Part shown: piece by piece, positions 1-9,218 of the stretch
Position numbering within the stretch: position 1 is the first letter of the stretch
Layout of the letters: the number at the start of each line of letters is the position of its first letter
Virus record (IMG/VR): IMGVR_UViG_2660238147_000001
From: a virus
Taxonomy: Duplodnaviria > Heunggongvirae > Uroviricota > Caudoviricetes
Strand: one strand, 5' to 3'
DNA: 44,292 bases
Made by a program: the position numbers and the translations under genes
The notes under the pieces: model-generated
Told to the model about the DNA's origin: nothing
Databases searched by the model: none
What the model saw: only the letters and a program-made list of their open reading frames with translations

Positions 1-1119
1 TCAAATAACCAACTTAACCCATTCCTGACCTCGAGTATCGTTATAGCGATCGGTGGTTGCCTGGACTTTATGTCCTAGTAATGTTTTTGTATCGATACCC
101 TGTGCACGGTACAGCCGTTCTGATAGAGAGCGTTGTTCATGAAATGTTGGCGAAGTTTTTCCTGCTGGTGGAATTATCCCAGCCAGATCCCGTGCTTTGG
201 CAAAGTAGTCGCTCAGGTTGTCTTTACTCATCGGCTTCGGTTGTTTCTGGTGCCGACTATGGATTAGATATGGACTTAATATTCTGTCTCGGCACCCATC
301 AATAACTTCTTTTAACGTTATCCCAATGGCATCACAGCGTAGTGTAAGCGGTAACGCCAGACGCATTCCGGTTTTTCCCTGGGTGATATGCAAGTGTTCG
401 TTCCACACATCTGAAAAACGCATGTGGCAAATGTCATCACGGCGCTGACCAGTAACAATCGCAAGAAGCATTGCGTTACGGATAAAGTGTTTTTCAGGCG
501 TTGCATTGTAAATTTTTTGCCAGTCTTCCATGGTGAGCCTGGCTCTGGTTACTTTAGGGATCGGTTTACGGGTAGCCTCCGGAGGATTCCATCCAGGAGG
601 AACTTCCCCTGCATGCTGTGCTTCTTTATAAATATCAACCCATAATCCACGATTTACTCTCGCTGTGCTGACCATGTCTTTATCCAGCCACTCATCCAGT
701 ATTAATGCAAAGTCTCTTACTTCCAGTTCTTTCAATGGGTGGTTTCCCAGACGGGAAACCAGGTATGCAGCCATTCGAGTTTTTTCTTTGTGAGTTGTAG
801 CTGCAATATCTCCATTTTTCAGTCGCGTGTCCTGTATTTTCAGATATCGATCAACCCATGCCTTTAATCTGATACCCCGACGTTTTGTTGCTGACGGACT
901 TTCATCAATTTTGCGCATGAAATATTCAGCTTCTGCTGCAGCTATTCGCTGATTGGCTGTGGAAGCGATTTTTTCTGCCTTACCTTTGTCTGTTCCGAGT
1001 CCGTGAAATTTTCCAGTCACAGGATTTTTATACTGGTAGTAAACTCTGCCAGTTCTGCGATCAAACTTTTCGTAAAGACCGGCTACGTCAGTGCTGTTTT
1101 TTCGTGGCCTCGGTGACAT
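1..1119 (-). CDS. int: Tyrosine-type site-specific integrase (lambda Int-like)
   Basis: 372-aa minus-strand ORF whose stop codon is at window positions 1-3; C-terminal region (LLGHK...TDRY) fits a tyrosine recombinase catalytic domain; sits at the prophage edge next to an xis-like gene, as in attL-int-xis of lambda. Confidence 0.9.
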   Translation of the reverse strand: MSPRPRKNSTDVAGLYEKFDRRTGRVYYQYKNPVTGKFHGLGTDKGKAEKIASTANQRIAAAEAEYFMRKIDESPSATKRRGIRLKAWVDRYLKIQDTRLKNGDIAATTHKEKTRMAAYLVSRLGNHPLKELEVRDFALILDEWLDKDMVSTARVNRGLWVDIYKEAQHAGEVPPGWNPPEATRKPIPKVTRARLTMEDWQKIYNATPEKHFIRNAMLLAIVTGQRRDDICHMRFSDVWNEHLHITQGKTGMRLALPLTLRCDAIGITLKEVIDGCRDRILSPYLIHSRHQKQPKPMSKDNLSDYFAKARDLAGIIPPAGKTSPTFHEQRSLSERLYRAQGIDTKTLLGHKVQATTDRYNDTRGQEWVKLVI

Positions 1120-1366
1120 GAGTTAAAATCTCCTTCAGTGCATCATCATCGCCAGTATGAATTTCCGGCGCAATTCCCGTTTCACCAGGCCCAACAAATA
1201 CTGCTCGGCGATCTATCAGCCAACGCCCACGAATTTTTTGTGGCCTTGGAACGATGTATCCTAGTTTTCCGTATTTCACCAGGGTAGTGTTTGTTATTGG
1301 GAGACTGAACCGTTTTGGTTTCCACTCGTCGAGCGTTATCAGGTACTGTTCGCTCATGGCTATCAC
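1088..1366 (-). CDS. xis: Excisionase-like protein
   Basis: 92-aa ORF immediately upstream of int and overlapping its start by 32 nt; motif YLITLDEW resembles the lambda Xis N-terminus (YLTLQEW) as I recall it. Exact start uncertain (internal Met possible). Confidence 0.65.
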   Translation of the reverse strand: MIAMSEQYLITLDEWKPKRFSLPITNTTLVKYGKLGYIVPRPQKIRGRWLIDRRAVFVGPGETGIAPEIHTGDDDALKEILTHVTEATKKQH

Positions 1367-1418
1367 TCCGGAACGCGCCAGTTGCAGAATATCAACGACA
1401 ACTGGCGACGGTTGAACA

Positions 1419-3860
1419 TTAAAAATCAGCCTGACTCGGGATCAGTTTTTGCCAGATAACTGAAACGTATTTTGCCTGGTAACGGGCGTCATCAAGTGCA
1501 TTATGGCGCTCACCTTCGAATGGAATAGCCGTTCTGGCATCGAAGTCTATGGCTTTCCCCAGCTCAACGATTGTGCGTACATCGCGATCGTTGTAGTAAC
1601 GCCACGGGCAGGGGATCCCCTGCCGTTCGTATGAACGGCGCAAAATCGTGTTGTCGAAGTTGGCTCCATTTCCCCAGACCTGAACAAAAAATTCACCGGA
1701 GTTTTCGTCGATAAATTCCCGCAATTGTAACAGTGCATCATCTAACGGGATTTCATCGGTCATAATGGCAGATTGCGCTTCGCGTGATTGCTTAAGCCAC
1801 CATTTAATGGTGTCCCGATCAATGACTCCGCCAGCAGTTTCCAGATCGATAGTCTTACTAAATTCCGGTCCCATATCTCCGGTTTGCGGATCGAAAAATA
1901 TTGCACCTATTGAGATGATCGGGGCATCAGGATTTTTTCCCATGGTTTCAAGGTCGATCATTAGATGGTCACACGTCCTGCTGGTGGATGTGATTTCTTG
2001 ATGACCGTTCACCTTAATTGAGTGATCTGCCGTCTCGCCAGTTTCATTATCGCTATCGTGATGCTGATTGCCGCCAGTGTTCTCCTTGTGTGGATGTTCA
2101 GCGCCTTCCATTTCCTCCGGATCATCTTCCTGAACTTCAACCTGATACTCTTCATCGAATGTTTCCTGGTATGTTGCGTCGCCCATCACCGCGCCACAAT
2201 CAGGGCAGTTGCCGCCGCCGGTCTGACCGCAGGCGGTGCAGACTTTTTCCACTTCCTGTTGCGCCACTGGTTCGGATTGTTTCGTTTCTGGCTCGTTTTG
2301 TAACGCATTTGGGCTGTTTTGTTCCGCTTTTTGGTCGTTCCGTTCCGATTCATGCTGGTTCTGGTTCACAGAATCGCGAGTCTGGATCCCTTTGACCCAT
2401 TTCGGATCATTAGGGTCGCTAATCCCCTCAACAAATTCACCACGCGATACAGCAAGTAACTTATCGGCGTCAGGCTGGCTGATATTGGCTGCCTGCATAA
2501 TTTTGTTTACTTCGTCAGCGGTGACTTTTACTTGGTTAGCGGAACTCACCTGCGACTGAGCATCCAGCGACTGCGCGTTCTGGCCATGTTCAGTTGTATC
2601 CGGTTCCATTGTTTCAGTTGTTGCCTGTTCACCTGCCATTGCGTCAGATGGTTGTGGTTTTTCTTCTTCTGTTTCACGCTCAGTAACCACCTCGCGGTTA
2701 ATTTCTTCCAGGATATCTTTTTCCGGCGTATGCCGGGCAGCTGTGAGAGTTTCCTTGCTGGGGTTCTCGTGATCAGTTTCCGTCAAATAGGCGTTGATAT
2801 ACCCCTGAAGGCGTCCCGGGTAGTGATAAAATTCAGGGTGTGCGCTTCGGATAAGTGCAAAAATAGCGGCGCGGGAATAGTCCAGAATACCCGGGGTTGC
2901 ACGAAGTGCTGCGGACCATTCTTTGAACGGACTTTCTTTGTTCAGGACTACTTCTTTTGCGCGACGATAAACGCTGCCCGGAATTTCATAAATATTAAAA
3001 TCCATCGGAAGTGTGGCTGCTGCAATCTCCACATCCAGTGTGTCGAGGGTGTGTACTAAATTCGGATTGCGATCGGTTTTGTTCCCACCGCCAGCATTAG
3101 CACCGGAAGCCGTGCGGGTGATGCGTGAAACACGATTTCCTTTCATCCACTCTTTTGTCAGCAAACCCCGATCAGTGTAGTCAGCGTCTAGGTATGCTTC
3201 GAAAAAAGCAGTTATTAGTCCCAGGTCTGAATTACCAGGATTAGGGAAAACTTTGTCAGTGTCACGAACCAGTTTGTGGAGGTCGCGAATCTCCAGCGAG
3301 TCGAGCAGACTGGTTTTATGCGAAATAGCCAGGGCAGTAACAGCCGGTAGTTCTTCAGCCCGTGCAATGTGTAATGCCTGGAGTTCGTCGCGTGAAACGT
3401 GCGTTACTGGTTTTTCGCTGCCGTGTTGAGCAAGCCAACGAATGGGCAGTTCCTGACCGGAGACAGGCAGAAGCATGCTCTCCTCAATCTCAGTCATGGC
3501 TTCGCCGTTGATGTTGGTATTGTCAGTGCTGGCTGGTTTGTCCTGAACAGAGGGGGAAGGGCCGATAAATGTCATTGTGATGCCATCTTTCCCGCCTTTT
3601 TCATAGCGGTTGCAGAATTCAGTATCAAACACGCCTTCTGGCGGAAGGTCGTCAACAACGGGCAAATTGACGCGGACGGGTTTTTTAAAGTCGTCTTCAT
3701 CATAATCGTTGTCATCCATTGCGGTAATGCAGCGGGAGATTGCAACAGATAATTTTTTTGCTGTAGTCCAGTAAAAACCACCTTTAATTCCTAGGCGTTT
3801 TCTTACTTTGTCATTTTTTGCTTCGCAATATAGTGCAAATTCTTCTTTATCAGTGCTCAT
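1419..3860 (-). CDS. Large prophage exonuclease-like protein with C-terminal DnaQ/DEDDh 3'-5' exonuclease domain (often annotated exodeoxyribonuclease VIII in E. coli prophages)
   Basis: 813-aa ORF; C-terminal ~180 aa carry DEDDh-type motifs ([23 protein letters not shown]); long acidic/Gln-rich central linker; occupies the exo/recE slot of the leftward early operon. Confidence 0.7.
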   Translation of the reverse strand: MSTDKEEFALYCEAKNDKVRKRLGIKGGFYWTTAKKLSVAISRCITAMDDNDYDEDDFKKPVRVNLPVVDDLPPEGVFDTEFCNRYEKGGKDGITMTFIGPSPSVQDKPASTDNTNINGEAMTEIEESMLLPVSGQELPIRWLAQHGSEKPVTHVSRDELQALHIARAEELPAVTALAISHKTSLLDSLEIRDLHKLVRDTDKVFPNPGNSDLGLITAFFEAYLDADYTDRGLLTKEWMKGNRVSRITRTASGANAGGGNKTDRNPNLVHTLDTLDVEIAAATLPMDFNIYEIPGSVYRRAKEVVLNKESPFKEWSAALRATPGILDYSRAAIFALIRSAHPEFYHYPGRLQGYINAYLTETDHENPSKETLTAARHTPEKDILEEINREVVTERETEEEKPQPSDAMAGEQATTETMEPDTTEHGQNAQSLDAQSQVSSANQVKVTADEVNKIMQAANISQPDADKLLAVSRGEFVEGISDPNDPKWVKGIQTRDSVNQNQHESERNDQKAEQNSPNALQNEPETKQSEPVAQQEVEKVCTACGQTGGGNCPDCGAVMGDATYQETFDEEYQVEVQEDDPEEMEGAEHPHKENTGGNQHHDSDNETGETADHSIKVNGHQEITSTSRTCDHLMIDLETMGKNPDAPIISIGAIFFDPQTGDMGPEFSKTIDLETAGGVIDRDTIKWWLKQSREAQSAIMTDEIPLDDALLQLREFIDENSGEFFVQVWGNGANFDNTILRRSYERQGIPCPWRYYNDRDVRTIVELGKAIDFDARTAIPFEGERHNALDDARYQAKYVSVIWQKLIPSQADF

Positions 3861-3953
3861 TATTGGTAAACCTCATCACAGATTTAAGGGTGAACAAATC
3901 TCTGCCATTGCTGACATATAAGAATGAAACTGGATATTTATTACGGTGCTGTT

Positions 3954-4145
3954 TTAAAATCCTGCCGGGATTTCGTTATTATCCTGGTGAATAACTTTAT
4001 CGACCGGATAACAGTTGCCTGGAATTTTCTGTTCGGTTGCTGCTGCCATACATTCCTGCATTGTTCTGTGAACACTGACTGCAATATCAACTGACTCTCC
4101 GGAAACAAGAAAAACCGTCAGAATAAGTGCAAATACTGGATTCAT
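3954..4145 (-). CDS. ydfD: YdfD-like small protein (Qin-type lysis-associated protein)
   Basis: 63-aa reading frame from an internal ATG of six-frame ORF 3954..4199; its start overlaps the dicB stop in an ATGA arrangement on the minus strand; hydrophobic N-terminus; synteny dicB-ydfD as in Qin prophage. Confidence 0.55.
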   Translation of the reverse strand: MNPVFALILTVFLVSGESVDIAVSVHRTMQECMAAATEQKIPGNCYPVDKVIHQDNNEIPAGF

Positions 4146-4330
4146 TGTGCACATCCTTTTGGCATCAGACGTAAACGGGCCAGCATTGAAACAATGCATA
4201 CTTTATTTAATAACTCCCGTTCGTGTTTTCTTTTGTTAATGGCATCTTCAGTAAATACAGGATTACTGATAGTGACACCAATTTCAAAACAACCTTCAGA
4301 CGTATTAACGTTTGGTAATAACGTTTTCAT
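4142..4330 (-). CDS. dicB: DicB cell-division inhibitor
   Basis: 62-aa frame (MKTLLPNVNTSEGCFEIGVTISNPVFTEDAINKRK...) from an internal ATG of ORF 4142..4435; recognised from memory as DicB; lies immediately downstream of the DicF sRNA as in the Qin dicB operon. Confidence 0.8.
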   Translation of the reverse strand: MKTLLPNVNTSEGCFEIGVTISNPVFTEDAINKRKHERELLNKVCIVSMLARLRLMPKGCAQ

Positions 4331-4504
4331 TATCGCGCCCTCAACAATGAGTTTTGTGATGCGGTGCCTGGTGCCTCCAGGTGACGTTAACCAGTTAACA
4401 ATTAACGCCGGATACAGAGAATCCACCCATAACACTGTTTTTGGTTTTAACTGTTCCGCGTGCGCTTAGCCGCATTCACCGCATCACAAAATTCACTTTA
4501 AAAA

Positions 4505-4557
4505 GGGCGGCAGAGCAGTCACGGAGTAAAACTGATACCGCCAAACGTCACCAGAAA
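4505..4557 (-). ncRNA. dicF: DicF small regulatory RNA (anti-ftsZ sRNA)
   Basis: Minus-strand sequence UUUCUGGUGACGUUUGGCGGUAUCAGUUUUACUCCGUGACUGCUCUGCCGCCC followed by a U-tract (4501-4504); matches DicF as I recall it, including the 3' GC-rich hairpin; located between ydfC and dicB. Confidence 0.85.
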
Positions 4558-4898
4558 ATTGATAACAGAGGGCGTTGCAGTGGGGTTGTCACTTAAGCGT
4601 ATGGTCAACCTGACAACCCGGTGTCCTCAACGGGGGAAGGAATAACCCCGCCATACTTACCGCCGCGCCATTTCGCGGATTGCCACAACCGGAAGCGCAC
4701 GGTCGACGAAAATTTAACGACAGGCTATCTATGAACCAGCTACCTCGCCGTGCGCTTTCGCGTTATGGTCTGACTTTTCAGGGAAATATCCTTTCAGTAA
4801 ACTGTCAGTGCCGGATGCTCACCCGTGTCCGGCGCACGCACTCCACCTCACCCGTGGAGAACTCCTTAATTACCAACCTTAGCTTCGTTGGTTATCTA

Positions 4899-5117
4899 TT
4901 AACGCGGGTATGTAATCATTCTGGCAATGCTTAATGCCGCTGCTTTTTCCAGCCTGGTGATATCCTGCTCCAGAGCGGACAGATTTTCAGCCTGCTTAGC
5001 TCTGGCTTCATTAGCCCATTTCAGATCCTGCGCTGCATTAATTTTCTGGCGCATCCACTCATAAAGTTCATCATCGGTATAGTCTGGCGCGATGATGACG
5101 GGTTCTCGTTTCTGCAT
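4899..5117 (-). CDS. ydfC: YdfC-like protein
   Basis: 72-aa ORF upstream of dicF on the same strand; size and position match ydfC of the Qin dicB operon. Confidence 0.65.
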   Translation of the reverse strand: MQKREPVIIAPDYTDDELYEWMRQKINAAQDLKWANEARAKQAENLSALEQDITRLEKAAALSIARMITYPR

Positions 5118-5146
5118 ACTGATTCCTCGCGGTGCTGTTTCGCTTA

Positions 5147-5275
5147 TCAGCCGTTAGATTTTGCCGAACTGGAAAGCGCCTGTTTAAATTCGTTGAAGCT
5201 GTGAGCTTCTTCGCCTTCGGCAAGGCCTTCGAAGTATTCTTCGTAAGCCTTTTCCATGATTGTGTCAAAATCCAT
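5147..5275 (-). CDS. ydfB: YdfB-like small protein
   Basis: 42-aa ORF (MDFDTIMEKAYEEYFEGLAEGEEAHSFNEFKQALSSSAKSNG) found by manual translation of the minus strand; below the 60-aa cutoff of the supplied track; tightly packed between ydfA and ydfC. Confidence 0.6.
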   Translation of the reverse strand: MDFDTIMEKAYEEYFEGLAEGEEAHSFNEFKQALSSSAKSNG

Positions 5276-5276
5276 A

Positions 5277-5432
5277 TCACTCACCTGAGTTTCTTTCCAG
5301 CCAGCGACGGGCACCATTTTCGGTTTTAAACGTTTTGCTTTTTGTATACGTCATTGCGGTGAAGGTGCCGTCCTGGTTTGGAAACACGCCGTACACCAGA
5401 GATTCGTTGTTGCCAAGATCGATAGTATCCAT
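5277..5432 (-). CDS. ydfA: YdfA-like small protein
   Basis: 51-aa frame (MDTIDLGNNESLVYGVFPNQDGTFTAMTYTKSKTFKTENGARRWLERNSGE) from an internal ATG of ORF 5277..5513, preceded by a GAGG Shine-Dalgarno; first gene after the PL-like promoter. Confidence 0.6.
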   Translation of the reverse strand: MDTIDLGNNESLVYGVFPNQDGTFTAMTYTKSKTFKTENGARRWLERNSGE

Positions 5433-5611
5433 GCTGACCTCATTTCCCCTTAACGCCGGGGTAGCGGAACAAAAACCTGCTGCATAGTTATTAAAGTTGA
5501 ACCCTGCCGTCATGTTCTTACGCCTCGGGCTGGCTACTTAACCCCTGACCACTGCCTGGTAACTCGAAGTATTGCCCTGCATTCTGTAGGATGGGGTGAG
5601 GGAATGAATGA

Positions 5612-5660
5612 AGTTTAGAAAAACGAACTTTTCAGGTCAATGTTTTTTTATCAAAACATT
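5612..5660 (-). promoter_or_regulatory. PL-like leftward promoter with overlapping operator inverted repeat
   Basis: On the minus strand: -35 TTGACC (complement of 5635-5640), 17-nt spacer, -10 TAAACT (complement of 5612-5617); inverted repeat AATGTTTT/AAAACATT at 5639-5660 overlaps the -35. Confidence 0.4.
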
Positions 5661-5724
5661 TTAAGCAGGCAGCTGTTAAGCCATCACCACGATGGCATAC
5701 AGTTAATCAAATAGATGAGGTTGG

Positions 5725-6363
5725 TTAAATATCTTGTTGAATTTTAAAGCATACGCCCAATATGCAAGATAGATCATCCAGCATAATTGAAGGGTAGCGA
5801 GGATTCGTGGGGACTAAAAGAATATCCGGCCCTTCTATCTCCAGTTTACGAATGACAGGTGTTGTGGTCCCTTTGGGTAAGGCAAGGACAATATTTCCTG
5901 GTTGTACGGTTCGATCGGGATCAACAAAAACTGTTGAACCATTTGGGATGGAAACTCCCCCACCAGATGTTGACATACTGTCACTCTCTAGAACAACTGC
6001 AAAGGTATTGACCGGGATTTCTCCGACAAGCTGCACACAAGAGGTTATTGAGGAATTTTTCATATAATCACTCCAGCTTGCTGCCTGCTGAAGTGATAGT
6101 AGCGGAACCGTTTTTATCGGCGGTAAAGATAGATCAAGCGAATCACCTGTATTTAACTCTCCTCCATTAAGAAGCCAATTTTCGTTTACTTTCAATATTT
6201 TTGCCAGTGAACTTATGTAACGCGAGGACGGCGCTCCTCCACCGTTCATCCATTGACTTACGGAGCCTTTTGATGCGCCAGTGCCATTGACAAGGTCTTT
6301 GCCTTTCAGGTTTAGCGCATGCATACGTTGGGTTATGCGTTCAGATATAGTTTGCTTGCTCAT
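5725..6363 (-). CDS. cI-like prophage repressor (N-terminal HTH, C-terminal S24/LexA-like peptidase domain)
   Basis: 212-aa ORF; N-terminal helix-turn-helix-like segment (GASKGSVSQWMNG) and C-terminal S24-like autocleavage region; divergent from the cro-like gene with a ~90-bp operator region between them. Confidence 0.8.
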   Translation of the reverse strand: MSKQTISERITQRMHALNLKGKDLVNGTGASKGSVSQWMNGGGAPSSRYISSLAKILKVNENWLLNGGELNTGDSLDLSLPPIKTVPLLSLQQAASWSDYMKNSSITSCVQLVGEIPVNTFAVVLESDSMSTSGGGVSIPNGSTVFVDPDRTVQPGNIVLALPKGTTTPVIRKLEIEGPDILLVPTNPRYPSIMLDDLSCILGVCFKIQQDI

Positions 6364-6426
6364 GTTTTGATTTTAAAACACAGATGGTTTTGTTTCTTGA
6401 CTTTCTTTGGTTTTAATTATTAAACT
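6364..6426 (+). promoter_or_regulatory. OR-like operator plus rightward promoter region
   Basis: Palindromic TGTTTTGATTTTAAAACA at 6364-6380 directly abuts the repressor start codon and shares half-sites with the PL-region operator; candidate PR -35 TTGACT (6397-6402) and -10 TAAACT (6421-6426). Confidence 0.4.
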
Positions 6427-6454
6427 TTTGACGTTCAGTTTTATGGAGCGACTC

Positions 6455-6697
6455 ATGAAAAAATCAGAAGTATTAGGCTATTTTGGCGGAGTTGTTAAAA
6501 CAGCCGCAGCTCTAGGAACGTCAAAAACCACAGTCAGCATGTGGGGGGAAGAGGTTCCGTGGAAATGGGCGTTGCTAATTCAGGCAGTCACTGCCGGGGC
6601 GCTCAAATATGAGTTACACATACCGACGGTTGTCATTCCCGGTTCTGATCATAATCCGCCTTCTAACCAAGGGGGGATTCATGAAAATCAAGCATGA
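6455..6697 (+). CDS. Cro/YdaS-like DNA-binding protein
   Basis: 80-aa frame starting at an ATG with a GGAG Shine-Dalgarno 6 nt upstream; HTH-like motif (LGTSKTTVSMWGEEVP); divergent from the repressor, as for cro. Confidence 0.65.
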   Translation: MKKSEVLGYFGGVVKTAAALGTSKTTVSMWGEEVPWKWALLIQAVTAGALKYELHIPTVVIPGSDHNPPSNQGGIHENQA

Positions 6698-7106
6698 ACA
6701 CATCCGCATGGCGATGAATGCCTGGGCGCATCCGGACGGCGAAAAAGTACCGGCTGCGAAAATTACCAAAGCGTATTTCGAGCTGGGAATGACGTTCCCG
6801 GAACTGTATGACGACAGCCATCCGGAAGCCCTGGCTCGCAATACCCAGAAAATTTTCCGCTGGGTAGAGAAAGACACCCCTGATGCAGTTGAAAAAATTC
6901 AGGCGTTGTTACCAGCGATCGAAAAGGCAATGCCACCTTTGCTGGTGGCCAGAATGCGCAGCCACAGTTCAGCTTATTTTCGGGAGCTGGTGGAGACGCG
7001 GGAGCGACTGGTGAGAGACGCTGATGATTTTGTCGCAGTGGCAATCGCCGGTTTCAATCAGATGAACCGTGGTGGCCCGGCAGGAAATGCTGTGGCAGTA
7101 CATTGA
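6681..7106 (+). CDS. YdaT/CII-like regulator
   Basis: 141-aa frame from an ATG preceded by AGGGGGG; begins MKIKHEHI and ends VAVH, resembling Rac YdaT as I recall it; occupies the cII position. Confidence 0.6.
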   Translation: MKIKHEHIRMAMNAWAHPDGEKVPAAKITKAYFELGMTFPELYDDSHPEALARNTQKIFRWVEKDTPDAVEKIQALLPAIEKAMPPLLVARMRSHSSAYFRELVETRERLVRDADDFVAVAIAGFNQMNRGGPAGNAVAVH

Positions 7107-7177
7107 CTGACAATAGCCATATCGAATCGCTTCCGGCAACTCGTGAGTAAAAAGATTCGGTATCAGAAGAGGTGAGT

Positions 7178-8248
7178 ATGGCTAACGCCTGGCTCAGATT
7201 ATGGCATGACATGCCAAATGACCCTAAGTGGCGAACAATTGCCAGGGTGTCAGGGCAGCCAATTGCAACAGTGATGGCAGTGTATATCCACCTCCTGGTG
7301 AGCGCGTCACGAAATGTCACGCGAGGTCACATTGATGTCACGACAGAAGATTTGGCAAGTGCGCTCGACGTGACAGAAGAGGTAATTGATTCAATTTTGC
7401 AGACGATGCAGGGGCGGGTACTTGATGGTGATTTAATCACTGGATGGGAAAAACGCCAGGTGCTGAAAGAGGACAACGGCAATATTTCGCAAACCGCAAA
7501 ATCTCCGGCAGAGCGCAAGAGGGCGCAGCGAGAGAGGGAAAGAAAGCGGGAACAAAATGGCGATTGTCACGGCGAGTCACGAAATGTCACGCACATGTCA
7601 CGACGAGTCACGACAGATAAAGATACAGATAAAGATACAGATCAAGAAGATCAAAACACTATGGTCCATGGCGTAAAAAACGCCACGAACCAGGCAGGGG
7701 ATGTTCAGACCGTCACTCCTGGCCAGCCCGCAGGCACGACACCGGAAGCCGATTCAGCGTATGCGCTGAAAGCCGATTCGGGCGCTGTGCAGCAGGTGAT
7801 GACCGCAAGGCAGGAGCAATCACACCAACTTCAGCAGCCTGAAGCCGATTCCGCCATTCAGCGGGAAGCCGATCGGGTAGTCCCGGAAAACACCGGGCAG
7901 CCTGTGGGACGAGTGGATTATCCTGATGTGTTCGAACAGGTCTGGCGGGAATACCCGTTGCGTGCCGGGGCAAACCCGAAGAAATCCGCTTTCAGTGCCT
8001 GGAAAGCCAGATTACGCGAGGGGGTGCCACCAGAGGCCATGCTGGATGGCGTGAGGCGTTACGCAAGATACCTTGCGGCTACCGGGAAAACGGGAACGGA
8101 ATTTGTTCAGCGAGCGACGACGTTTTTTGGACCGGACCGGAATTTTGAAAACCCCTGGCTGCTCCCGGTAAGCGGCACGAACAACCAGCGTTGTGTGAAT
8201 CATATTTCTGAACCGGATAACGAAATTCCGCCGGGCTTCAGGGGGTAA
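7178..8248 (+). CDS. Replication initiator / replisome-organizer-like protein
   Basis: ~356-aa ORF after the cro/cII-like genes with a GAGGTG Shine-Dalgarno; contains two clusters of helically phased GTCACG direct repeats inside the coding sequence, as expected for an origin embedded in an initiator gene (lambda O analogy). Confidence 0.65.
   Translation: MANAWLRLWHDMPNDPKWRTIARVSGQPIATVMAVYIHLLVSASRNVTRGHIDVTTEDLASALDVTEEVIDSILQTMQGRVLDGDLITGWEKRQVLKEDNGNISQTAKSPAERKRAQRERERKREQNGDCHGESRNVTHMSRRVTTDKDTDKDTDQEDQNTMVHGVKNATNQAGDVQTVTPGQPAGTTPEADSAYALKADSGAVQQVMTARQEQSHQLQQPEADSAIQREADRVVPENTGQPVGRVDYPDVFEQVWREYPLRAGANPKKSAFSAWKARLREGVPPEAMLDGVRRYARYLAATGKTGTEFVQRATTFFGPDRNFENPWLLPVSGTNNQRCVNHISEPDNEIPPGFRG
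7305..7343. repeat. Iteron-like direct repeats, cluster 1 (4 copies of GTCACG/GTCACA at 10-11 bp spacing)
   Basis: GTCACG at 7307, 7317, 7338 and GTCACA at 7327; an inverted copy (GTGAC) at 7371-7375. Confidence 0.5.
7564..7645. repeat. Iteron-like direct repeats, cluster 2 (5 copies of GTCACG at 10-11 bp spacing) followed by A/T-rich tandem repeat; candidate replication origin
   Basis: GTCACG at 7566, 7576, 7586, 7597, 7607, followed by tandem AGATAAAGATAC x2 (7613-7645). Confidence 0.5.
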
Positions 8249-8288
8249 GTGTTAATTTCTGGTCATGAGGTAATTTTCAGGAGGGCTT

Positions 8289-8711
8289 GTGGCAAAAGTT
8301 TTTACACAAGAAGAGCGGGAAAAAATTAAAGGACAGGTTCTTGAACTCGTACGCCAGAGTGGGCGCGAGACGTTACGACAACTGGAAGCTAAAACTGGGG
8401 CAACAAGATATCTGATGAGCGTTCTGGCCAGAGAGCTGGTTGCCAGTGGCGATGTATACAATTCTGGCTACGGGTTATTCCCGTCTGAACAGGCTCGTAA
8501 AGACTGGCAAAATGCCCGCAAAAAATTATCGAGGGCAAAGCTGAAGAAACCGGTTGTGGTTGATCCGGACCTTATCTGGTCGTTACCTGACGGAGAAATA
8601 CGTCGCTACGACAGTCGCCTAAACATAATCTGTCGCGAGTGCCGGAAGAGTGAAGCTATGCAGCGTGTACTGGCTTTCTATCAGGGTAATTTTCAGGAGG
8701 CGGTACTGTGA
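8289..8711 (+). CDS. Hypothetical protein (nin-region equivalent)
   Basis: 140-aa ORF with GTG start and AGGAGG Shine-Dalgarno; no family recognised. Confidence 0.55.
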   Translation: MAKVFTQEEREKIKGQVLELVRQSGRETLRQLEAKTGATRYLMSVLARELVASGDVYNSGYGLFPSEQARKDWQNARKKLSRAKLKKPVVVDPDLIWSLPDGEIRRYDSRLNIICRECRKSEAMQRVLAFYQGNFQEAVL

Positions 8712-8768
8712 GTGAAATTAGCTATCAGGCTTCAATTACCGCTGGCATTCGCATCAAAGGAGAGGAGC

Positions 8769-9125
8769 ATGGAAATAAAACCAGAGGATGAGTTAAGCAA
8801 TATCGTTTTATTTCCGGTAAAAGAGGATGACCCTCGTAATCAGGTTAATTTTCTTTATGAGCCATCGGAAAGACCATATTGTCATCACGCCTCTGTCCGG
8901 GTTGACGAAAAAGAGCGTCAGGTCCGCTGTAAAATCTGCGGTGCAGTTGTGGAGCCATTTGACTGGATGCTCTCTGTGGCGAAAAGAGAAACCAGACTGG
9001 CAGATGATGTAAGGCTCTTGCGTCAGGAGGAGCGGGAAAGGCGAAAAAATATAGAAAAGCTAATTCAGATTGAGCGTAACGCGAAAGCGCGGATACGCAG
9101 GGCGACAAAATCCAGAACTGAATAA
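8769..9125 (+). CDS. Hypothetical zinc-ribbon-containing protein
   Basis: 118-aa frame from an ATG with a strong AGGAGAGG Shine-Dalgarno (internal to six-frame ORF 8712..9125); CxxC-like pair (CHH ... CKIC); basic coiled C-terminus. Confidence 0.5.
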   Translation: MEIKPEDELSNIVLFPVKEDDPRNQVNFLYEPSERPYCHHASVRVDEKERQVRCKICGAVVEPFDWMLSVAKRETRLADDVRLLRQEERERRKNIEKLIQIERNAKARIRRATKSRTE

Positions 9126-9218
9126 TTAAATTTAGCTCTGTTAAAAATTTAATCCTTAACCGGAGGGATTTCTGCACCCTCAGAATATCAGGAGGCCGCC
9201 CGAAAGGGCGGTAGTTAA

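Noticed and set aside
1-60. attL core sequence at the left edge
   Set aside because: The integrase stop codon is at positions 1-3, so the attachment site and bacterial flank lie outside the window.
4680-4934. 84-aa plus-strand ORF between dicF and ydfC
   Set aside because: Opposite strand to the dicB operon transcript, no ribosome-binding site, basic low-complexity translation; the spacer is more likely part of the DicF precursor.
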